NCBI GenBank assembly: GCA_965662845.1
Contig: CBFIJD010000020.1
Span: 1 to 51,422 of the forward strand
DNA length: 51,422 bases
Reading direction: 5' to 3'
Source: an uncultured bacterium
Lineage (GTDB): Bacteria; SAR324; NAC60-12
Position numbers and translations under genes: made by a program. Below, piece after piece: positions 45,754 through 51,422 of the stretch; within the stretch, counting starts at the first letter, position 1; the number at the start of each line of letters is the position of its first letter. The notes beneath the pieces are model-generated. The model searched no databases, had not been told where the DNA came from, and worked only from the letters and a program-made list of their open reading frames with translations.

Positions 45754-46989
45754 TTACTCCACTTCGATGTGCAGCTCTGCTTGAGGCGCTTGCCGCTCCA
45801 CACGCCGCGACCACTCCTCGACCTGCTCCCGCTGCGACGGTGTGATTCCCCAGATAGGCAACTCAGCACGGGAAGGAGGGCTCGTCTCTGAGGAGAGCTT
45901 TTGCTGCAAGCGCGTCACCTGCTCTTCATCGACGGGTTGATAGGGAGCAAACAAAATCACGCGAGATTCTGGAGAACCATCCGCTCGCCACCTCCGATGC
46001 TGCAAGCGCACTTGGCTCGCATCGACCTCCAACACAAAGTCTTCTTTTTGCACTGCTGATCGCAACTCTAAGCGGAACGTCCGCTTGGGTCGTTGATCGA
46101 GTGTCTTCCAGAATCGCAGCACCTCCCGCAAATAGAGACGCTGGCGCGCGTTCACATCCTCACGACGCGACAGACGCACCAGCAATACTCCAATGCGCTG
46201 CGACGCCTCTGGGCACAGGCGCAACGTCGGAAACAAGATGAATGAGTCGGCCCGCTCGGTATCCGGTTCTCGCTTCAGTTGCCAGCGACGCTCGCGCAAG
46301 TAGACATTGCGCTCCTCTAAAGAGGCAAACGTCCACATCTGCATCGGCTTCCCTTCTAGCTCGGCTGACTCCAAAAAGTGCCCCAACCCCTCTCGATCAA
46401 TCCACACACAAGGGGAGCCATCTTTTAGCTCTCCGCGATGCGCTTTGCCGCCCTCTGGATGCTGCAACAGCTGAATGTTTTTCAAATCGTGGAGCGTCGC
46501 GCGGGAAGGACGGGGGTGAGAATTGAAGGTCGCAGCCTCTACCGAGAAGTCGACTAAGACCATGCGCTCTAGCGTGAAGCCTTCCCGATCGGTGGGACGC
46601 CAAAACTCCAAATGCTCGGCAATCCACGCTTCCATCTCTTCCTCCAGCATCGCCAACGCATGGCGCTGATCTCGCGCGAGGACTTTCCCTTCTAGCAAGA
46701 CCTGCAAAAAAATCGGCTGGATGTAGGAGACGGGGGACTCTTCTTCCAGCAAAGTCGCCGATTCCAATTCAAACTGTTCCACATGCAAGCGCCGCAAATC
46801 TAAGCGGCGTGAGACCACGTGTAGGTTGTCGTGCACGCCGAGCCGCAGCACTTCGTTGAAGTGTTCTTCCAACAAAAATGGAGCGTCATGAACTTCGGCA
46901 TCCGGCAACAAACCGTGGGCTTCAAAACGAGCACGCAGGCGACCCTCAAACGCATAGCGCCACTGAGGGGAAGAGTTCACAGAGACCAT
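45754..46989 (-). CDS. Hypothetical protein
   Basis: About 411-aa ORF from ATG 46989 with GGAG RBS; directly follows the kinase gene. Confidence 0.65.
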   Translation of the reverse strand: MVSVNSSPQWRYAFEGRLRARFEAHGLLPDAEVHDAPFLLEEHFNEVLRLGVHDNLHVVSRRLDLRRLHVEQFELESATLLEEESPVSYIQPIFLQVLLEGKVLARDQRHALAMLEEEMEAWIAEHLEFWRPTDREGFTLERMVLVDFSVEAATFNSHPRPSRATLHDLKNIQLLQHPEGGKAHRGELKDGSPCVWIDREGLGHFLESAELEGKPMQMWTFASLEERNVYLRERRWQLKREPDTERADSFILFPTLRLCPEASQRIGVLLVRLSRREDVNARQRLYLREVLRFWKTLDQRPKRTFRLELRSAVQKEDFVLEVDASQVRLQHRRWRADGSPESRVILFAPYQPVDEEQVTRLQQKLSSETSPPSRAELPIWGITPSQREQVEEWSRRVERQAPQAELHIEVE

Positions 46990-47005
46990 GTCACTCCGGG
47001 GGATG

Positions 47006-49903
47006 TCAGGCCGCGACCTGGGAGGGGCGAAGGTGAGTGCGAAATGAGTTTTCCAGAGGCACCCGAATCCAGAACGTGGTGCCCACACCCACTTGGCTGT
47101 CGATGACGAGCGAGCCCTGATTTTCATGCAAGGCAGAGAGCACCGCGTCCATGCCGACTCCGCGTCCAGAGACGTCGCTTACTTCGGCTTTGGTGGAAAA
47201 GCCCGCACGGAAGATCAACTCTTGGACCTCGCGTGTGGTCGCGTGCTCTAGGAACGCTTCGTCAACTAGTCCTTTTTGCAAGGCAATTTGTCCGACTCTT
47301 TCGGGGTCAATGCCTTGTCCGTCATCTTGAATGCGCAGCAACAACGCGCCGCGCTCTTCGCTAGCATGAAAGATGAGCTTCCCGACGCGTGGTTTTTCGT
47401 TCAGTTCACGCATCATCGGATCCTGCTCCAATCCATGATCAATGCAGTTGCGCACCAAGTGAATCAGATTATTGAACACCGTCCGGTAGCGCGAAAGCGG
47501 AATCTCTACATCACCGCCTTCGATCACCACCTCGACCTCTTTGTTCAGTCGCTTGGCAAGTTCTTGGGCAGCCGTGCCTAGCCGACGCAACACGGGGCCA
47601 ATCGGTTGCCACGCTAAGCAGTCCACCGCTTGCTGAAATTCACGCGTTTTGAGCTGATGATGCTCTTGATACTTGTCGAGTAGTTCTTGGGCGATGCGCG
47701 AACGCATACTCGCGGTCTGGCTCTTGAGGAACGCTAACGACTCCTGCAGAAGGCGCTGCTCCACGACCTTCTGCCACTCCCAGAGCCGAGACTCCCGAAT
47801 GCGCAGCGAGTGGTCACTTTGATCATCTGGAAAGAGCACTTTGAGCTCATCAAGGTATGCCTGGTAGCGCTGTTTCAGCTGCTGTAGATCGTTGCTGAGG
47901 CGGCTCTTCGCCTCTGAGGGCACACCCGTCGCGCGCCACTCTGTCAGATAATGTTCAATCTCGTGAGCCTGACGACTCACATCCATCAGACCATAGTTTG
48001 CAGCGCCACCTTTGATTGTGTGAAAGTGCCGCATCAGCTTCCCCAGCAAGTCTTCTTGAGCCAAGGACTGCTGTGTTAGGCGCTCTAACAGCAGGAAGAG
48101 TTGGTTTTGCTCCAGCACAAATTCCGTGAACATTTCACGGTCTGTCGCCACCCGCACAATCATCTGATTGCGCTCTTCTTCCGTGGCCACTTGCTGCGCC
48201 AGCAGGTTCTCCTGCGTCACATCGCTGATGATGAGCATCATGCGGCAGCGTCGCTTAATATATTTGTAGTCTAGTTGCAGGGTGCGCTCTCCTAACCGCA
48301 CGTCTTCCGGCAAAATCGCGACCAGCTTGCGCAGCTTGCTGCGCCCGAGGAACACCAGTTCCAACGCTTGTCGGACTTCTTCTTGTAATGAGGATGACGT
48401 TTTGGCCTCGCTCTCTTGCAAAGAGAGGTTGCCAAACACCACCTCTAGGACATTCTTTCCGGCCAGCTTCTCGCCGAAGAGAGTTTCGCAAAAACGGGAG
48501 TACTCTGGAAAAATCAAGAAATCTGCGCCAAACGAGAGGAATCCCTCTCCGCTGTAATCCAGCAACTCTTGAATCGTATTGCGCGCCTGCTGAGCGACAT
48601 CGGCGAGCAGCTCCGAGTGTTCTTTTTCACGGCGCAGCTCTGCGGTGCGTTCTTCCACCATGCGGCTCAAGTTCTGGTTGTGATATTCAATGATGCTCAA
48701 CAATTGCAGATGCTTCAGCCGTGCGCCCGCCAACCGCGACAGCGCCAACAAAAACTGGCGATCTTCCACCCGATATTCCAGATGCCCAACCGGCGCCGAT
48801 AGGTTCAACACGCCGAGCAAATCCGACTCGGTGTCTTGCAGAATCGGCACACACATCACCGCGCGCGACACCTCGGCCGCGCCGAGTTCTTGGTGAAAGC
48901 GCATATCTTCTGTTATGTCTGGAACAAAGATCGCGCGGCGGGTCTGTGCCACGAGCCCCGACACACCTTCGCCCACTTGAAAGGAGGGGACCGCCTCTGA
49001 ACTCAGCTCCACATCAGGATCGGTGTGGACCAACACAAAGCGCTCTGTCTGCTCATCTCGCAAGAAGATCGATCCATGTGAAATGGGCAACAACTCGCGA
49101 ATAGCGCGGATCAATTCTTCAAAAACTTGGCGCTGGGCGGGTGCCGTGGCGAAGGCTTGGGCGGCGCGGTTGAGCTCTGCTAAAAAGCGAAACTTGCGCT
49201 GCGTCTCTAGTTTGCTGCGTAGGATGCTGGTCGCGAGATCTCCAATCTCATAGTGATCTTGGAGCGCCAACAGTCGCTGCTGCTCCCACAGGGCGTTCCC
49301 TTGTTGTTCGCTGACTTGTTGTAGCTGCTGCAATGGATCGCGCAGCCAGCGGGGAACTTGCGAGAGAATCAAGACCGCACACCATCCGAGCAACAGCGGT
49401 AGATACAAAATCCACAGCGACGTCCCACGTGCTTCTTCACGCGTGTTGCCCCACAACCGCAGTGTCCCCGTCAAATTGCTGTCGATCTGCGACAGCCGCA
49501 CTTCCTTCAACCGCCAGCCTCGGCTCTGTGGATCGGCAGTCATCTGGAGCCAATCTGAATCCCGCAGCGGGTAGCGCGCCACGCGGAGATCTTGTCCGTT
49601 TCTGGACAGATGCCACGCGGCGACCTCTTCATCATGGAGAGTAGCGCGCAAGTAGTGACGCAGATGCTCGGTGTCATCCCATTGATTGATGGCCGCAAGC
49701 GTCTGCGCCGTATCGTGGATTACGTTGCGCAGCTTGGTTTCAATACGCTGTTCGGTACGCGCGGCTTCTAGGTGGCGTTGATAGGAGTCGAGCAGGAAGA
49801 AATAGAGCGTGATCGAGAGGAGCAGCGTCCACAGCAACAGGCGGGTGAGATTGCTGTGGCGCTGAGAAGTCGAGGCCAACCAAGGAGTTCGGAAGTGGCG
49901 CAT
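47006..49903 (-). CDS. Membrane-bound CheA-like histidine kinase (2TM-HAMP-like-GAF-PAS-Hpt-HATPase, no CheW domain)
   Basis: Two TM segments; GAF GEGVSG..PDITEDMRF; Hpt RHFHTIKG; CheA-type HLVRNCIDHGLE, DDGQGID, IFRAGFSTK..VSDVSGRGVGMD. Confidence 0.88.
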   Translation of the reverse strand: MRHFRTPWLASTSQRHSNLTRLLLWTLLLSITLYFFLLDSYQRHLEAARTEQRIETKLRNVIHDTAQTLAAINQWDDTEHLRHYLRATLHDEEVAAWHLSRNGQDLRVARYPLRDSDWLQMTADPQSRGWRLKEVRLSQIDSNLTGTLRLWGNTREEARGTSLWILYLPLLLGWCAVLILSQVPRWLRDPLQQLQQVSEQQGNALWEQQRLLALQDHYEIGDLATSILRSKLETQRKFRFLAELNRAAQAFATAPAQRQVFEELIRAIRELLPISHGSIFLRDEQTERFVLVHTDPDVELSSEAVPSFQVGEGVSGLVAQTRRAIFVPDITEDMRFHQELGAAEVSRAVMCVPILQDTESDLLGVLNLSAPVGHLEYRVEDRQFLLALSRLAGARLKHLQLLSIIEYHNQNLSRMVEERTAELRREKEHSELLADVAQQARNTIQELLDYSGEGFLSFGADFLIFPEYSRFCETLFGEKLAGKNVLEVVFGNLSLQESEAKTSSSLQEEVRQALELVFLGRSKLRKLVAILPEDVRLGERTLQLDYKYIKRRCRMMLIISDVTQENLLAQQVATEEERNQMIVRVATDREMFTEFVLEQNQLFLLLERLTQQSLAQEDLLGKLMRHFHTIKGGAANYGLMDVSRQAHEIEHYLTEWRATGVPSEAKSRLSNDLQQLKQRYQAYLDELKVLFPDDQSDHSLRIRESRLWEWQKVVEQRLLQESLAFLKSQTASMRSRIAQELLDKYQEHHQLKTREFQQAVDCLAWQPIGPVLRRLGTAAQELAKRLNKEVEVVIEGGDVEIPLSRYRTVFNNLIHLVRNCIDHGLEQDPMMRELNEKPRVGKLIFHASEERGALLLRIQDDGQGIDPERVGQIALQKGLVDEAFLEHATTREVQELIFRAGFSTKAEVSDVSGRGVGMDAVLSALHENQGSLVIDSQVGVGTTFWIRVPLENSFRTHLRPSQVAA

Positions 49904-49948
49904 AGGGAGTGGGGTGGAAGGCTGCGTCGGTGGGAGAAAATAAGCCGA

Positions 49949-50368
49949 TCAATCGTCGTCTTCGTCGTCTTCGCCATAGAGATCATCGAAGAGTTCATCA
50001 ATCTTCTCGCCGAGCACCCGTGCTTGAAACGGCTTGACGATGTAGTCGTTCGCGCCGCTTTTGATGGCTTCAATGACTTGATTGCGGCTCGCTTCGGCGG
50101 TGACCATCAAGATCGGGACGCTGCTGATTTCCGGATCCGGGTTAGCACGCACCCGCTCCAGCAACTCCATGCCGTTCATCACATCCATTTTCCAATCAGA
50201 CAGCACTAGATCAAAGCGCTGGTTTTTGATTTTGCGGAGCGCAGTAGTTCCATCGTCGGCAAAGTCTAGGTTTTTGAATCCACACTGCGTCAGACAATTC
50301 TTAATGATGCTGCGCATGTTTTGATGGTCGTCGACCACTAGGATTTCAATTTGTCGGTCGGCAGGCAT
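49949..50368 (-). CDS. CheY-like single-domain response regulator
   Basis: ILVVDD, SDWKM, MVTAE, YIVKPF; acidic tail. Confidence 0.92.
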   Translation of the reverse strand: MPADRQIEILVVDDHQNMRSIIKNCLTQCGFKNLDFADDGTTALRKIKNQRFDLVLSDWKMDVMNGMELLERVRANPDPEISSVPILMVTAEASRNQVIEAIKSGANDYIVKPFQARVLGEKIDELFDDLYGEDDEDDD

Positions 50369-50499
50369 AACAACTCCTCAAACAGCGCTTTCGGCGCTGG
50401 GGGCGTGGAAAGAACGCTTCAGTTGCAAATCCAAAGCGCTCGTAGGTTTCGCGTGAAAGCCAAATGATGTCAAGTGTTCGTTACAAGCAGAATTCCGGG

Positions 50500-50916
50500 T
50501 TAGGCGCCATACTCGTCGTCGTCCTCATCTTCGATAAAGATGTCGCGGATCTTTTCATCTAAGACTGTCGCTCGGAACGGCTTGACGATGTAGTCATTCG
50601 CGCCGTTCTCAATCGCGATCAGCACTTCTTTTTTGCCGGCCTCAGCAGTCAACATCAGTACGGGAGTTCGGGCAATCACCGGATTTTGATCTGAGCGCAG
50701 CTGCTGCAACACCTCCAGCCCATCCATGCCTTCCATACGCCAATCGAGCAACACCAGCTCCACAGGCAGGGTGCGAAGCTTTCGCAACGCGGTCACACCA
50801 TCTTCGGCAAAATCTAAATTTTTGTATCCACACTGATTCAGGCTGTTCTTGATCAAGAAACGCATGTTCTGGTGGTCGTCAACCACCAAAATCAACATGT
50901 CCGGCTTCAAGGGCAT
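50500..50916 (-). CDS. CheY-like single-domain response regulator (paralogue)
   Basis: ILVVDD, LDWRM, MLTAE, YIVKPF; acidic tail; ATG 50916. Confidence 0.92.
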   Translation of the reverse strand: MPLKPDMLILVVDDHQNMRFLIKNSLNQCGYKNLDFAEDGVTALRKLRTLPVELVLLDWRMEGMDGLEVLQQLRSDQNPVIARTPVLMLTAEAGKKEVLIAIENGANDYIVKPFRATVLDEKIRDIFIEDEDDDEYGA

Positions 50917-51116
50917 AGTGTTCTCGTTAAGCGACAAGAGGATACGATAGTTGAAGCGCTCGCAGAGTGAGCTTTCAAAAAATGTGCTGGCCCACCTAAA
51001 AAGCCTGATGCCGATCCAAACCATCAGACATCAGGCGTTGGCCTCGTTTTACCGTGAGGAGAGTTTGTTCAACCGTTGCCGAAGGGCAGCCGCAAGCAGG
51101 TGCGTGGAAACGGGTT

Positions 51117-51422
51117 CTAGGGCAGCGCGACGAGGCGTTGGTCTTGCGCTGCGTTGGTCTCGGCGACGTCGTAGGCTTGCTGGGGCGTAGCGTGGAACGC
51201 CTGCATGTACTCCGCGAAGGCGTCTTGCTCGCCGCCGGTGTAGCTGAAGCGGCTGTTGCGTCCCGGATCGTTGCTCAGGTTCGCGTCTGGATAGTCCGTC
51301 TCTTCGCCGTAGCCTTTGCCTTCATAAAGGTTCACTCGCTGTGGATCGCTCAGGGCTGCAAAGGGATAGCCGTCGCCGCCGTTCGCTAAGAAGTTGAGCG
51401 TCACCAGGCGCAGACGCCGCTC
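51117..51422 (-). CDS. C-terminal part of a 5'-nucleotidase-family protein (5' truncated by window edge)
   Basis: RLVTLNFLANGGDGYPF...EQDAFAEY; frame open to the window end. Confidence 0.75.
   Translation of the reverse strand, partial: ERRLRLVTLNFLANGGDGYPFAALSDPQRVNLYEGKGYGEETDYPDANLSNDPGRNSRFSYTGGEQDAFAEYMQAFHATPQQAYDVAETNAAQDQRLVALP

Noticed and set aside
1..51422. CRISPR array, tRNA/rRNA, IS or prophage
   Set aside because: No regularly spaced repeats, cloverleaf or rRNA-like segments, transposase, integrase or phage structural genes recognised by eye

Overview
Gene-dense bacterial chromosomal window with no rRNA, tRNA, CRISPR array, transposase or integrase recognisable. Gene content and style suggest a deltaproteobacterial/SAR324-like organism (inference only). 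Recognisable genes: epmA (partial, absent from the ORF track), a very large divergent class I adenylate-cyclase-like nucleotidyltransferase, efp, a biotin carboxylase-biotinyl fusion, hpf, two DUF3015-like paralogues, a phasin-like gene with a PhaR-type palindrome, two IHF/HU subunits, dgkA, a Nudix hydrolase, orphan fliM, coaBC, ovoA (ovothiol synthase), comM/yifB, a multi-PAS kinase, a cluster of outer-membrane proteins and lipoproteins, a triple-XRE protein, ispF, stand-alone rplC, a PuuA-like glutamine synthetase, and a membrane-bound CheA-like kinase with two CheY paralogues. The most notable observations are: (1) efp, the giant cyclase-like NTase and epmA form one co-directional unit; (2) two small SutA-like proteins are present, one directly behind a near-perfect CIRCE (HrcA) operator and the other directly behind the phasin-like gene; (3) rplC lies outside the S10 operon with its own promoter and leader hairpin; (4) several proteins look like pseudo-enzymes. 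All family assignments are from remembered motifs, not database searches.
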